Positions 39,248-53,519 are shown, numbered from the stretch's first letter. The stretch is 64,000 nucleotides of DNA from Octopus vulgaris (GCA_951406725.2 OX597835.1:29202001-29266000), one strand, 5' to 3'. Notes: generated by a model not told the origin, from the letters alone. A program made the numbers and translations.

Positions 39248-41844
39248 TTAGGTTGTCAAGGAAATTCTTGCGGTTTTTAACCTTTAAATTCAGATGCACA
39301 TATCTCGGCTCAAACAAAACTTTATTAATCGAAATAAACACTATCAGAATCAGCACACTTTTGCCAATGCGAAACAAGTTTATTTATGCCAGTAGCGTAA
39401 ATATTCTGCGTTCTGGTGGTGATGAAGTCGTCGAAGACCTGTTTGGCATCGTCTTGGTTTTTGATGCATTTCTCATGCTGGAAGTTATCGTGATGCTTGC
39501 AAAAGTGGTAGTCGTTAGGCGGGAGGTCTAGTGAGTATGGCGGATGAGGCAGAGTTTCGTGGTCCAATTCGTTCAACTTCTGCAGGGTCAGTTGTGCGAC
39601 GTGCGGCCGAGTGTTGACATGAAGAAGAATTGGTCCTTTTGTATTGACCAATGCTGGCCGTTGTTGTCGGAGTTTCTTATGCATTTCATCCATTTGCTGA
39701 CAGTACTTCTCCGCCGTAATGGTTTCGCCTGGATCCAAAAACCTGCGATGAATGAGACCGGCCGCAGACCACCAAACAGTCACCGTGACCTTTTTTGGGT
39801 GCAACTTTGGCTTCGGGAAGTGCCATGGAGTTTCATCGGCGTCCAATCACTGAGCTGAGTGTCGCCGGTTGTCGTAAAGAATCCACTTTTCATCATCGCA
39901 AGTCACAATCCGGTCGAGAAACGGGTCGTTCTTGTTGCGTAAAAGGAGGGAAGATGACACTTCAAAACGGCGTTATTTTTTTTGTTTATTATTATTTTTT
40001 TTTTTTGGTTGTCGTTCAATTCGTGCGGCGCCCATTTCTCAAGTATTTTTGTTTTTCCACTCTCTTTCAAGTGGTTGGAAATTTTCGTACACGTTACGTC
40101 TAATTCAGAAGCAAGCTCTCGAACAGTTGTGCGTGGATTGGCTTCCACTTAGGCTCTTTGTTGACCGTTGTCAACATCCGATGGACAACCACCACGCTTA
40201 TTATCTTCAAGACTCTCGTCACTGTTACGAAATTTCTTGAAGCACCATTGTCCTGTACGTTCATTAGTGATTCCTGGGCAGAAGGTATCGTTAATATCAC
40301 GAGCTGTTTCAGCAGCTTTTCGACCTAGCTTGAACTGGAATAAGAAAATTGTGAAAATTTGCTTTTTGTCCAAGTATTGAACGTTCCAGAAAAAATGGGC
40401 TAATTACTCAAAAAGAAAAAAAGAGTAATACGATTAGATAGAGCGAAAAACGGACTTTAAAAGGATCTATCAGGTCATCCAATAAGTTCTGTCCGAATTT
40501 TGAATAAAGAAAACAAATGATCAAATATTATATTTAATTGAAATTTAATCATCAATATACTTCCCCTGATTATCTATGACTTCCTTCCATCTATCTATTC
40601 ACAAGCTTTTTAATCCCATCAATGTAAAACTCTTTTGGTTTCAAAGAGGAGAACTCTGCAATGTCAGTTTTGACCTCCTCCTGACTTGCGAAAGTTATGT
40701 CCCCCAAATGATTCTGTAAACCACGAAACAAATTGTAGTCTGAAGGAGCAAGGTCGGGAGAATAAGATGGATGAGGAATTTATTCCTAACCAAGCTCTTC
40801 GATCTTCTGTGATGTGATCTTTGCAGTGTGGGGTCGCACATAGTCCTGATGAAACATCACTCCTTTTCGATTCACTAAAGCGGGTCTTTTTTTTCTTCGA
40901 AGCTTGGTTCAAACGCTCTAATTGCTGACAGTAGACTTGAGCATTGATTGTTGCATTAGGTTGGTAACAATTCAAAAGTGAATTACTCCTTTGCAATCCC
41001 ACCAGATAGAGAGAAGAACCTTTTCCCCATGAAGTTCCCTTCTCGGGTGTGGTTGAGCCTTTTCCTTTTTACCAAGCCACTGATTACGACGTTTAACATT
41101 TCGATAGAAGATCCATTTTTCGTCACCAGTCACAATTCTATCCAAAAGGGGTGAAATGAGTTCGCGAGAATAGAGAGAAGAGCAGATGTCAACTCGGGAT
41201 TTGCGGCTGCTTTCGGACAATTCATGAGGCACCCATTTTCCAAGTTTAGGAACCTTTCCAAGTTTAGGAACCTTTCCAAGTTGTTGAAGATGACGATGAA
41301 CAATTGTATGGTTTGAACTAATCTTTATTGCCAATTTTTCAACTGATAATGCAGGATTTTCTTCAAGTAATGCCTCATGAAGCTTATCATCAAACTCAGC
41401 TGGACGTCCTGTCGCTCTTCATCTTCTGAATTTTGCAAACCATCTTCTGCAAGTTCTTTCATTCTAGTATTCTTTTCCATAAACTGAGTGTATGTTTCGA
41501 GTCATTCCTTTTTTGCACTCACAAAGCATTATGTGCATCAAATGCTCTTTGGATACTTCCCTTCTAGAAAGGGTTTTAATCAACGAAATTTTAATTCTAT
41601 TATTCTGTAAAATAATATTTAATTGGTTTAAATGCACACAAATGCATAAAAATATTTTTTACTTCCATTAGACATTCCAAAAAACTATTAAATTTCATTC
41701 AATTTAAAAAAAAAGGTAAAATCGGACAGAACTTATGGGATGACCTGATATATAGTGTTAAAGTAATGTAACGAAAATTCTTTTCAAAATACATCATTTA
41801 AGACTAAAATTTAAAATTCCGCAAGAACTTTCTTGACAACCTAA
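39248..41844 (-). mobile_element. Mariner element A, interrupted by nested mariner B
   Basis: TA-flanked TIRs TTAGGTTGTCAAG / CTTGACAACCTAA; MDKKQI..FQFKLG, WAPHEL, KKVTVTVWW, HPPYSLDL. Confidence 0.93.
40470..41748 (-). mobile_element. Mariner element B, full length and defective, nested in element A
   Basis: TA-flanked TIRs TCAGGTCATCC..AAGTTCTGTCCGA; WVPHEL, IVTGDEKWI, HPSYSPDLAPSDY; 18-bp internal tandem duplication (LGKVPK x2). Confidence 0.94.
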
Positions 41845-42074
41845 TATATTAAAGTGATTGATTGTTAAGATTAAAATTTTGAAGAGCAAATTTTTTAAAA
41901 ATATATTGTTGTATAAAAGGAAAGTACACGTTGCTTGGAAATTTCGCCTGAGTTAAAAGAAAAACGTTTCTGCAGAGGTTCCTTATTTAGAAGTATGAGG
42001 ACCATGTGAAACCGGGGAATTATGCTAAATTATACAAATTATACGTTTTAAGTTTGTACACTTCATCTTTTATC

Positions 42075-42575
42075 TTTTACTTATTTCAGTTATTGGATTG
42101 CGTCCATGCTGGAGCACCACTTTGTAATATTGTTTTAGTTGAGTGTTTCAACCCCAGTACTTACTTTTTAAAGCCTGGTATTTACTCTATCGGTCTCTGT
42201 TTTCGAACCACTGTGTTACAGGGACGTAAACGTAAACACAGTATCACCGGTTGTCAAACGGTGGTGGAGGGACAGACACAAAGACGCACATGTGGACATG
42301 TATATGTGTGTGTGTGAGAGAGAGAGAATGAGTGTGTGTGTATATGTATGTGTGTGAGCGAGAGAGAGTGTATATATATATATATGTGTGTGTGTGTACA
42401 TATACATATATACGACGGGCTTCTTTCAGTTTCCGACTATCAAATCCACTCAGAAGGTTTTAGTCGGCACGAGGCTATAGTAAAAGACACTTGCCTAAGG
42501 TGCCATGCAGTGGGACAGAACCCTGAACCATGTGGATGGGAAAGCAAGCTTCTTACCACATAGCCACTCTACGCG
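42075..42575 (-). mobile_element. SINE family B
   Basis: Tail, microsatellite and head recognisable. Confidence 0.85.
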
Positions 42576-42828
42576 TCTAGAAGATCAAGTTCCCACATAG
42601 AAACTTCCTTTTTGTTTCAAGAATTTTAACGAGAGAACTCCACTTGATAATATTTCTTCATTTCGGGCTTTTTTTTGTGCAAACGCAGTTGATGCTGTTG
42701 CTTTTACCGCTAACCTTGCCCACCGGTACCCGAACTGGAAGTTGAACCGTAATTATGGTGGTTGTCTCCTCCTCTTCGCATGCATTGCTTTCAATGATAG
42801 TATTTTTGCCGTTGTTGGTGTTGTTGTT

Positions 42829-42897
<69 letters not shown>

Positions 42898-43094
42898 GAT
42901 ATTCACCAGTTTTAAAACAAACATAATTTTCGTATGGTTTTTCTAGACATTCACTAGTACAACACTAAATACAAAACCAAATATATGGCACACTAGGCAT
43001 AACAACAACATGAACTTCCATCCTGTTGTCTCTTGAGGTCTCTGGGTGAGACTTGGAGCCAACGTGTACAAATGTAAAGCAAAAGTCAAACATA

Positions 43095-43144
<50 letters not shown>

Positions 43145-43145
<1 letters not shown>

Positions 43146-43515
43146 GATAGAGAAATTAAGGCCAACAGACCAGATATAGTTGTCAGATCATGAAGAAAAA
43201 AATAATAATAATAATAATAATAATAATAGAGGTAACTAGAATGTGGAATCTGAAAACAGAAACAATTCCTATCATAGTAGGTGCATTAGGCATGATAAAA
43301 AAATATTCAGACAAATACATAACAAAAACACCAGGACTTACAAACACATATAACATACAGAAAATTGCACTACTAGGCACTGCCACATCCTACGCAGAAC
43401 ACTTTCCATACAATAACCATCAGAGCATCACAACAAATCACAGCACATACCCAAGGCACACAGAGCTGCGCTCGGTAGTGAAGTGAAAGCACGCTATAAA
43501 AATAAAAATAAAAAC

Positions 43516-43518
<3 letters not shown>
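43145..43518 (+). mobile_element. Dong/R4-like 3' end in (AAT)n
   Basis: ANRPDIVV, then IEVTRMWNLKTETIPIIVGALG...IQKIALLGTA; near-identical to 47380-47714. Confidence 0.88.
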
Positions 43519-43559
<41 letters not shown>

Positions 43560-43561
<2 letters not shown>

Positions 43562-45125
43562 GTGTTGTAGTTAGTGTAGCTGGTGGATTAGGTGAATTTT
43601 CCCTGTCATGTCTTTTCACTTTCAGCTTAGGACGACTTTTTTATTATTATTTTCCCGCTTTTCTTCAATACAAGTCTTTATTTGAATATTCAATTGCTCC
43701 TCGTCGCATTATAAGGCTGTTGAATGCCAGTGTCGGTAGTACATGGTGTATCTCTGTTTTTCCGTCTGTAGGGATGGTCGGGCGTTGCTTGTTTCCACCG
43801 CTACAGCAGTTGGTGCTTTTGTGGTGTTGGGATTCTGTTGTTGAAGATATTACTGCCTTGATTGTTGTTACAGCTTTTGACCTTCTTGTGATGGTGGTGG
43901 TAAAAAAGCCGCTGTTCCTCGAGCTCCGATTTGTTGTTGTGATCAGAGCTCCTTCAAATGTGTGTTAGACCCACAAGTGTGGCACTTTGGTTTTCTGCCA
44001 TCCACCCTGACATGGAGTTGTGGTCTGTTGGGAAGCTCGATAAGGTCGTGGACCTTGTCTAGGGATTCCAGTTTTACTTGGATCTAAATCTCCAACCCGA
44101 TTCCGGACCAGTTTCCTTCCGATAATTTAAAATTTCTAGAAGCGAATCCGACCACAGCACACCAACTAACCACCAAATGTCTAATTCTGGTGGCACATCT
44201 GATATTTTAACTTTCACCACCCGCCGTCTAAGGTATGTGGGAAAGAGGAAACCTTCGTGTTTGCACTGGACCATTGATTGTTTTGGGGCCAGTGCCTCTG
44301 TGAGGAACCTCACTCCCACAGAACCATATTGTCTCCCTCGTGTGAGGAAATCAATATCAGTCTAAATGTTCTTCAAGCATTTTTTCTGCTTGGATATGTG
44401 GCGCATTGAAGATTTTCCTCGTCTTTAATGACACACATCTATATACGATGGTCCTTCTGGCCGTCTTCTCCATCCAATCTGAAGGAATAACAAGGGAAAA
44501 ACTCCTCTCTCTATAGAGGAGTTTTTCTGCTTCACTCAGATACGCATGTTTTTCTTCCAGGGAGATTTGCTCCTGCAATTTTGTTAGTCCTGCAAAGGCG
44601 TTGTTTTTATCGTGGCTGTTATTGTTGGTGTTGATTATATCGTTTTTGCTGCTGATGTTGTTCCTCTCATTATTGGTGTTAGTCGGAGCCAAAGCAACGC
44701 TGTTGTTTGTAGTGATGCTTGTATCGGTAACTGAAGTAGCCAAGCTACTCACTAACGAGGGGAAATCATTTATATTTTTCAAGTACTGCTTATTTTTCCC
44801 TCCCGTCAAAGCTTTAGTGTTGCTGTTGTTGTTGTTCCTACTGCTGTTGCTGCTGCTGCTGATGTTACAGTTGTCGTTGTTGCTGCTGTTATTGTTCGTA
44901 GTGGTTATGGCAGAGGTGATCTTGGTAGTGGTGTCGGAGTTGCTAGTTATGATTGGGATGGTCATTTTCTTTTGCCTACTTGCTTGTCTAGTAGTCGTGC
45001 CAAAAGTCGAAGAACTGTCAACCTCTCATTCTTGCGACGACACTCCTCTGTCTCTCGCTTCTCTCATAGAGATAATAACAGTGACAGATATAAAGTGTTG
45101 CGGTTTATATATACGCCAGCTAAGC
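43560..45125 (-). mobile_element. Tx1/L1-like LINE 5' region (ORF1 remnant)
   Basis: Low-complexity N-terminus, then VKVKISDVPPEL and VRVDGRKPKCHTCGSNTH (zinc knuckle); frameshifted. Confidence 0.7.
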
Positions 45126-45537
45126 TAAGTTGAACTGTCTAAAGTCGAAAGACACCTGTTGTTTTTGTCCTGTTACTGTGATTATTATTATTGTTTTTTG
45201 TATTTATATTCGTATTACCTTTTGTTTTTTGCATTTATATTCGTATTACCTTTTGATTTTTGTATTTATATTCGTGTGGCATCGTCCGTTTTTCTGCCCT
45301 TGTTTCATATATATTCGATCCTTTTTCCAAGAAATCTAATACTCGTAGCTTAGTTTTTCCTTGGGGCTGGCCGGATCGGAGCGATCTCAAGATTAATCAG
45401 CCGAAATTGCGAGGATGATCCGATCTTGACTGAAGATTAGAGGCTTCGAATGACCCCTCCATTTTTTTGTGTCGTCTATTTGAATGTTTTGCGTTCCTGT
45501 TCCATTTTGTATTTTTATATATATTTTTTATACATAC

Positions 45538-45589
<52 letters not shown>

Positions 45590-45596
45590 GTATATA

Positions 45597-45732
<136 letters not shown>

Positions 45733-45777
45733 ATAATAATATATATTATATATATATATATATAAAATATAATATTT

Positions 45778-45900
45778 GAACGAGGCATAAACAGTAGCTG
45801 CACGACAATGTGAAGTATATTTGCCACTAAAATGTGGCTAACCACTAAGGGTGGATGCTACTGTTGCTTGTAGCCCCAGGAGAACAGCTTCTCCAGCTGG
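45778..45900. repeat. Diverged fragment related to the 362-bp hammerhead repeat
   Basis: AACGAGGCATAAACAGTAGCTGC, AATGTGGCTA and TAGCCCCAGG blocks are colinear with the unit. Confidence 0.6.
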
Positions 45901-45984
45901 CAATTGAAACACTTTATGGAAATGGGTGCGTGGCGTTCTTCATCTCGTGATGGCTTAATAGCCCTTGCCGTTTGATTTTACTGT

Positions 45985-46358
45985 TTTGGTCTTTTTGTCC
46001 TGTTTTTGTTACCACTTTAACCCTCCGCAAATCCCAAATTATATTCAGTTTGCTTTGCAAGAAAGACTGTTTTAACGAAGACGCGTCTTGTTACAAGCGT
46101 TCGAGATGCAGAGTAGATACAACAGGGGACAACTAATGAAGGGGTTGTTCTTTATTTTGTCTGTCTCGTCTCTCTATTTGTTTCTTTCGTTGTCCCAAAA
46201 AACGTTCGTTTTCCATATTGTTGTTTTGTCATGTTCTCGTTTTTCATGTTGATCACGTTGTTTTTGACGTCCTGTAGCCATATATGCATGTGTATTATAT
46301 TCATATATATGTAGGTATGTACATATATGTATATATTCATATATATATATAATATATA

Positions 46359-46391
<33 letters not shown>

Positions 46392-46552
46392 CATACATAT
46401 ATATTACATATATATATTATATATTATATATATATATAAACTTACTTGAAAATGGATGTGGCGTTCAATTAAATAAATATAATATAAATAATATATATAA
46501 TTTGTATATATATAATATGTATATATATATAATAATATAGATATATATATGC

Positions 46553-46619
<67 letters not shown>

Positions 46620-46915
46620 TATATGGGTACAGGACGTCACAAAACGTAAACAACATGAAATACGAAATACGCAACCATGAAATACGAGCTTTTGTATGCG
46701 AACAACGAAAGAAACAAATGGAAAATAAGACAAATAACATTAAGAACGACCCTTCATCAGTTGTCGGCTGTTTTTCTCCTGCACATTTCGAGCAATTTAC
46801 GACAAGACGTTCCTTCGAGAGAACAGTTGCTCCCCCGAATCAAAAAGAAATTGGGATTTGCGGAGGGTCAAAGTTGGTAACAAAAGCAGGACAGTGAAAA
46901 CAAAACAGTGAAAGC
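45985..46915. mobile_element. Inverted pair of diverged repeats (probably Penelope-type termini) around a (TA)n tract
   Basis: CCCTCCGCAAATCCCAA...GACGTCCTGTA at 46021-46276 and its reverse complement at 46628-46867. Confidence 0.6.
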
Positions 46916-47221
46916 AAACAGTCAGGGCTGCTGGGCCATACGCGGTAAGGATGGTGAACGCTGGAGAAACAAGCTTTGACAGGAAAAAAGATAGGAGAGG
47001 AGACAGACAGGAATGCGCCTCATCTGAGCAGCAGACCGAAAGAAAAGAGAGATGATGATGGTGTGAGGAACGAGAGAGTAAAGGAGGAAGAGTGAGAGAG
47101 AGAGAGAGAGGGTGGGCAGATAGAAAACTGTGAAGGGGAGAAAAATGTAAATATGAGTACAGGATGTTACCACAAACAACGAGAGAGACAAAATGGATAT
47201 TGGATACTGTGCGACGTCCAC

Positions 47222-47286
<65 letters not shown>

Positions 47287-47293
47287 CAACAAC

Positions 47294-47377
<84 letters not shown>

Positions 47378-47379
47378 TA

Positions 47380-47710
47380 AAAGAAATGGAGAAACTCTCA
47401 AAATACAAAGACCTGGAAATAGAGGTAACTAGAATGTGGAATCTGAAAACAGAAACAAGCCCTATCATAGTAGGTGCATTAGGCATGATAAAAAAATATT
47501 CAGACAAATACATAACAAAAACACCAGGACTTACAAACACATATAACATACAGAAAATTGCACTACTAGGCACTGCCCACATCCTACGCAGAACACTTTC
47601 CATACAATAACCATCAGAGCATCACAACAAATCACAGCACATACCCAAGGCACACAGAGCTGCGCTCGGTAGTGAAGTGAAAGCACGCTATAAAAATAAA
47701 AATAAAACTA

Positions 47711-47714
<4 letters not shown>
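47380..47714 (+). mobile_element. Dong/R4-like 3' end in (AAT)n
   Basis: EKLSKYKDLEIEVTRMWNLK...LGTAHILRRTLS (RLE C-terminus) plus 3' UTR, flanked by (AAT)n. Confidence 0.9.
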
Positions 47715-47806
<92 letters not shown>

Positions 47807-47869
47807 AAGAAGAAGAAGAAGAAGAAGAATGATGATGATGATGTTGATGATTTCTCTTATTTTTCACCA

Positions 47870-48668
47870 GTGCGAAAGATGGGGGAGACAATAGTGAGGC
47901 ATAGTTTTGATTGCAGAAATGAAGACTGAAAAGGGAGACAGAATGTTTGTTAGTAGCAGCATAAGATGAAGCATTGAAGACTAATAGGATAAAAGCCAAA
48001 ATAGATTTTAAAAACCGGGTAGATTTCCAATGTAGGTTATGTAAATCAAAAGAGGAAAACGTTGCTCATATCGTAAGTGAATGTAGCATGCCAGCAGAGT
48101 GAGAATACAAGAAAAGACACGACGACTTAGGGTGAGTGATCTACTGGGAGTTATGTAGAAAGCTAGGATTTGACTATACTGATAAATGGTATGAACATGA
48201 ACTTATTAAAGTACTATAAATTAAGAAATACATGTTGTAAGACTTTAACGTTTAGAAGAGTAATAGAAGCTAGAAGCCTGATTTGGTAATAGTAGATAAA
48301 GAGAATAGAAAATGTCAGATAATTGACTTTAAAGCCCCCAAATGACGAGGAATTTAACACGTGAGGTATAGAGAATATAAAAAAAGTGCCAATGCCTAGC
48401 CATTGAGTTGCAGAGACTATGAAAAATGCGGCTAAAATATATCTCTGTAGTTATAGGTGCATTAGGAAGTATCCCTATAGATTTGAATAGATGGATGGAG
48501 GAAATAGGCTTGAAGCATAATTTAATACAGCTCCAGAAAACAATGTTATTAGGAACAGCTAGAATACTTAGGGGGATTTTTGGCATCTAAAGTTCTTGTT
48601 GTAGCACGATATTAGGAATTTTTCTTTTCCAACAGTTTAATTTGTTGTGCTTATATGAAATTATAATA
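47870..48668 (+). mobile_element. Older Dong/R4-like 3' fragment
   Basis: CRLCKSKEENVAHIVSEC, KRHD, PDLVIVDK, VVIGALG, LQKTMLLGTARILR. Confidence 0.85.
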
Positions 48669-49330
48669 ATAGTGATGCTGCTGCTGCTGCTGATGATGAT
48701 GATTTTTCTACTATAGACGCAATATCTGAAATTAGGCGGAGGGTGGTTGGCTAATCGATTATCTCGACCCTACTACTGGACTGGTACTTATATTATCGAC
48801 CCGAATAAAGGAAAGTAAAGTCGACCAGGAAAGGATGAGAGGACGATGAAAAAAATATCATTCTAGGAGTGGGGTTGAGGTGATCGACTAGCTCCCCACT
48901 GCCAAATTCCAAGCCTTGTGCCCATAACAGAAATTGTTATTGCTTGCGTTGTATTTTGTAGGAGCCTAAAACACCCACTGATCCCAGGAGACAATGCTGA
49001 AGACCAGTCCAAGTATTCCATTTGTTGATGTTTATTGAGCTTATTAAGAAGTTATTACATGCTAATCAGGAATGTTATCTTGAGGTGTGGTAGCGTATTT
49101 CAGGATTCTTTGTTCGAATTCTTGATGAATAGAAAATTGCACTTTTCTGTTGGTTAACAATACCTGTCTAACTTCCGATTACCTTTAATCTCATATGTAG
49201 TCGTTTGTGTGCTGTGTCGAGTGCGCCACTCTTGTTGTTGTTGTTGTTGTTATTACTATTATCATTATTATTATTATTATTATTATTGCCGTTGCTGTTG
49301 TCGTTTCTGTTGCTGTTGTTGTTATTATTA

Positions 49331-49373
<43 letters not shown>

Positions 49374-49383
49374 GTTATTATTA

Positions 49384-49438
<55 letters not shown>

Positions 49439-49451
49439 TATTATTATTATA

Positions 49452-49487
<36 letters not shown>

Positions 49488-49513
49488 GTTATTATTATTA
49501 TTATTATTATTAA

Positions 49514-49574
<61 letters not shown>

Positions 49575-50025
49575 AAGACGGGGAGCTGGCAGATTCGTTA
49601 GCACGTCCGACAAAGCATTTAAAGTCATTTAAAGTACGGCTTTACGTACTGAGTTCAAATCCGCCGAGGTCAACTCTGTCTTTCATCCTTTCGGGCTCCG
49701 TAAACTAAGTAAACTTAGCAGTATTTCGTTACGTTCTGAGTTCAAATTCCGCTGAGGTTGACTTTGCCTTTCATCCTTTCGGGGTCGATTAAATAAGTAC
49801 CAGTTACGCACTGGAGTCGATACAATAGACTTAACACGTTTGGCTGTCCTTGCTTGTCCTCTCTACGTTTAGCCCCTTGTAGGTAGAAAAGAAATAGGTA
49901 TTTACGTTCTGAGTTCAAATTCCACCGGGGTCGATAAATTAAGTACTAGTTGCACACTGGGGTCGATCTAATCGACCGGGACCCCTACTCAAATGTTTCG
50001 GGCCTTGTGCCTAGCCTAGAGTAGA
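49575..50025 (+). mobile_element. SINE family A, composite copy
   Basis: Head plus repeated GAGTTCAAAT/core blocks. Confidence 0.85.
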
Positions 50026-50105
50026 AAAGATAATTATTATTATCATTATCATTATTATTATCATTATTGGCTAAACTGGCAAAATGACCATTCCGAAATA
50101 CAACA

Positions 50106-50161
<56 letters not shown>

Positions 50162-50189
50162 CATTATTATTATTATTATCATTATTATT

Positions 50190-50251
<62 letters not shown>

Positions 50252-50256
50252 CATTA

Positions 50257-50287
<31 letters not shown>

Positions 50288-50357
50288 TATTATTATTATT
50301 GGCTAAACTGGCAAAATGACCATTCCGAAATACAGCAATTATTATTATTATTATTAC

Positions 50358-50411
<54 letters not shown>

Positions 50412-50488
50412 TATTATTATTACTATTATTATTATTATTATTATTATTATTATCATTATTATTACTATTATTATTATTATCATTATTA

Positions 50489-50522
<34 letters not shown>

Positions 50523-50523
<1 letters not shown>

Positions 50524-51080
50524 GAGTGAGAGAGCAGTGCATGCCATCAAAGTGACACTGGGGTAAAATATACGAAGCCTAGTATACCCATCATGACTAC
50601 TCATCTGATAAGGGTACACCAGGCACATGCATCACAACCATATGTGCGCGATATGGTGATCTCACATGAAGATAAACAGCACATGACCTTGCAGTTGGGG
50701 CTCAGTTAGAATTTTCTTCTGGTCGAGTAGCCCATCCTACTCAAAAGGTCCTTGAATAAGGGTTATTTAAGGATGTTAAACGAAAAACCCATGTTTCCAG
50801 AGGTGAATCATTTAAACCCCAAATAATGCCTCTTAACACATGGCTATGATGCTCCCCCACTACTTCTGCTCGTGATCAGAGATGCACATATCGTCAGCCA
50901 CTAAGGGACATGCTCAACTGGTTAAGGTCAAACAACTGACAAGCAAATCTGTGGTATTGAGCAGAATATTTGCTGTAGCCCATCTTTCATACCAAGACAA
51001 AACAATGTACATGATAACACTTCCAATCAGTTAAGATCAGAAGCCATGAGAGCCACTGCCTGGTACTGCATCAGGGCATT
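50523..51080 (+). mobile_element. ~560-bp non-coding interspersed repeat (family D) within (ATT)n
   Basis: Second copy inverted at 60511-61028 and a stub at ~25901-25930; all abut (ATT)n. Confidence 0.8.
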
Positions 51081-51112
51081 TATTATTATTATTGTAATTA
51101 TTATTATTATTA

Positions 51113-51153
<41 letters not shown>

Positions 51154-52005
51154 CATCATCATCATCATCATCATCATTATCATTACTTAAGATATACATT
51201 ATCGTACACTACAATGACAACTGAAACAACAACAAAAGCAAGTTGCTGGAAGGAAATAATTCATGATAAGGATCAGTGTGGGACGTGTCGAAATAGTGGA
51301 AATACTGACTTGAACAAATTTTTGGCGAAGCTAACTGGAAATATGCTGTTTACCTTGAATGTATTTATTATTACTTTTCCTCCTTGCTTCCTTCTTTCTT
51401 TCCTTCCTTCCTTCCTTCCTTCCTTCTTTCCTTTCTTCCTTCATTCTTTCCTTCCTTCCATTCCTTCTTGCTATACCCTCATTAAGTCTCATTCTCTTCC
51501 TTTATCCCTTCCTACTTCATTGCCTTCTTTCTTCTCTTCTTTCTTCCTACCTTCTGTTTATTTTAAAATATAATACACACACACACACACACACACGTAT
51601 ATATATATATGCATATTCACACACAGGCAAAGCACGTAGATACACACACATACATATACATATGCATACATACATACATACATGCATACATATATACGTA
51701 ATACATGCATACATACATTCAAACATACATACATATACACACATTTATGTATGCATTTGTTTATGTATGTATAAATATGTGTATATATGTATGTATGCAT
51801 GTATGCATGTATTCATGTATGAATGTATGTATGTATGTATGTATGTGTGTGTGTGTATGTGTGTGTGTGTGTATGTATGGAGCTCTGCAGAGGCAAGCAG
51901 GAATACCTGTTATTCGAGGCAGGTAACTGGTGTGATTATTGTAACCACATACTTTGTATCATAAATAACATTCCTTCACAGGATTACTGCATTATGACTC
52001 ATTGC

Positions 52006-52037
<32 letters not shown>

Positions 52038-52301
52038 GGAGAAAGGAGGAAGAGAGGAGGAGAAAAGAGAGAGTGAGCTTTGGGAGGGAGCAGAAGGACT
52101 GAGAGATGGAAGGAGAGAGAGGAAGGTGGTGGCTGAGAAGTAAAGAGAGAGTGACAGAAAGAAGGGTTGAGAGCAAACAAGAAGAAGATAATGATGGTGT
52201 TGTTATTAAAAGTGCAATCAAACATTTATGCATGCGCGCACACTGGCACACTCACAAACACACACACGTATGTATGCATTCATAGAGTTACACGCAAATG
52301 C

Positions 52302-52346
<45 letters not shown>

Positions 52347-52423
52347 TACATGTATACACAGATGTATAGATATTTATGCAAACATATATGTATAAATACA
52401 CACACACACACACATATATATAA

Positions 52424-52460
<37 letters not shown>

Positions 52461-52509
52461 AGTGTGTGTGTGTGTGTGTGTGTGTATATACATACATACA
52501 TATATACTC

Positions 52510-52920
52510 TTTTTCTTTGTTTCAGTCGTGACTGTGGCCATGCTGGAGCGCCGCCTTTAGTCGAGCAAATCGACCCCAGGACTTATTCTTTGTAAGCCTA
52601 GTACTTATTCTATCGGTATCTTTCGCCAAACCGCTAGATTAAGGGGACGTAAACACACTAGCATCAGTTGTCAAGCGATGTTGGGGGACAAATGCAGACA
52701 CACAAACATATGCACACACACATATACATGCATATATATATATATATATATATATATACGGGCTTCTTTCAGTTTCCGTCTACCAAATCGACTCACAAGG
52801 CTTTGGTTGGCCCGAGGCTATAGTAGAAGACACCTGCCTAAAGTGCCACGCAGTGGAACTAGACTGAACCCGGAACCATGTGGTTCGTAAACAAGCTACT
52901 TGTCACGCAGCCACTCCTAC
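52510..52920 (-). mobile_element. SINE family B
   Basis: Full head and tail match to other family B copies. Confidence 0.9.
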
Positions 52921-53519
52921 AATATGTATGCATATGTATGCATATGTAGAAATAAATAGGAGAATGAATGTAGAAATAAAACTAAAAATATATAAAGCTG
53001 TTACAGCTGCAGTTCCATTTATCCAAGGAAAGTGGTGTGTAGATGTGGTAGAAATGCTTATAGTCCGTGGTATGTAAATTCCAATAGAAGATCATATTTT
53101 GTTATTACAAATGGAAAGTGTGGAAACGTAGATTCCATGTGCTGTTCATTCAAAGGGGTCTCCTTCGCGTTACCCACTTTCGTCTCGTCTTGCAGCCCCA
53201 AGGCTTCTTGTTGTTTATGTATTATCATTATTATGTATAATTATGTATTATCATTATTAATAGTTGTCTTCTTGTGGCCCTAAGCTTTTATTTTATTTAT
53301 TGTTTTGTCCCTCGTCCGTTCATTAACGGTCTGGTGTCGAGTACATCTCGTTTTGTTATATTTTGATCCAATTCCCGACAAGTTTCTTCCAGAGTGGAAT
53401 CAATTATTATCGACAATGGCACGAAATTGCTTTTGACCCTCTGGCCGATAACTGATGAAAAATCGGTGACTTTCTCATTTCTGTCGCCTGTGTATTTAGT
53501 ATACGCTCTCTCTCTTTTA

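Noticed and set aside
50068-50340. 40-bp sequence repeated twice between (ATT)n tracts
   Set aside because: Simple slippage duplication within a microsatellite; only two copies.
51891-51922. Possible 32-nt micro-exon (CAG|...|GTAACT)
   Set aside because: Poor polypyrimidine tract and no supporting neighbouring exons.
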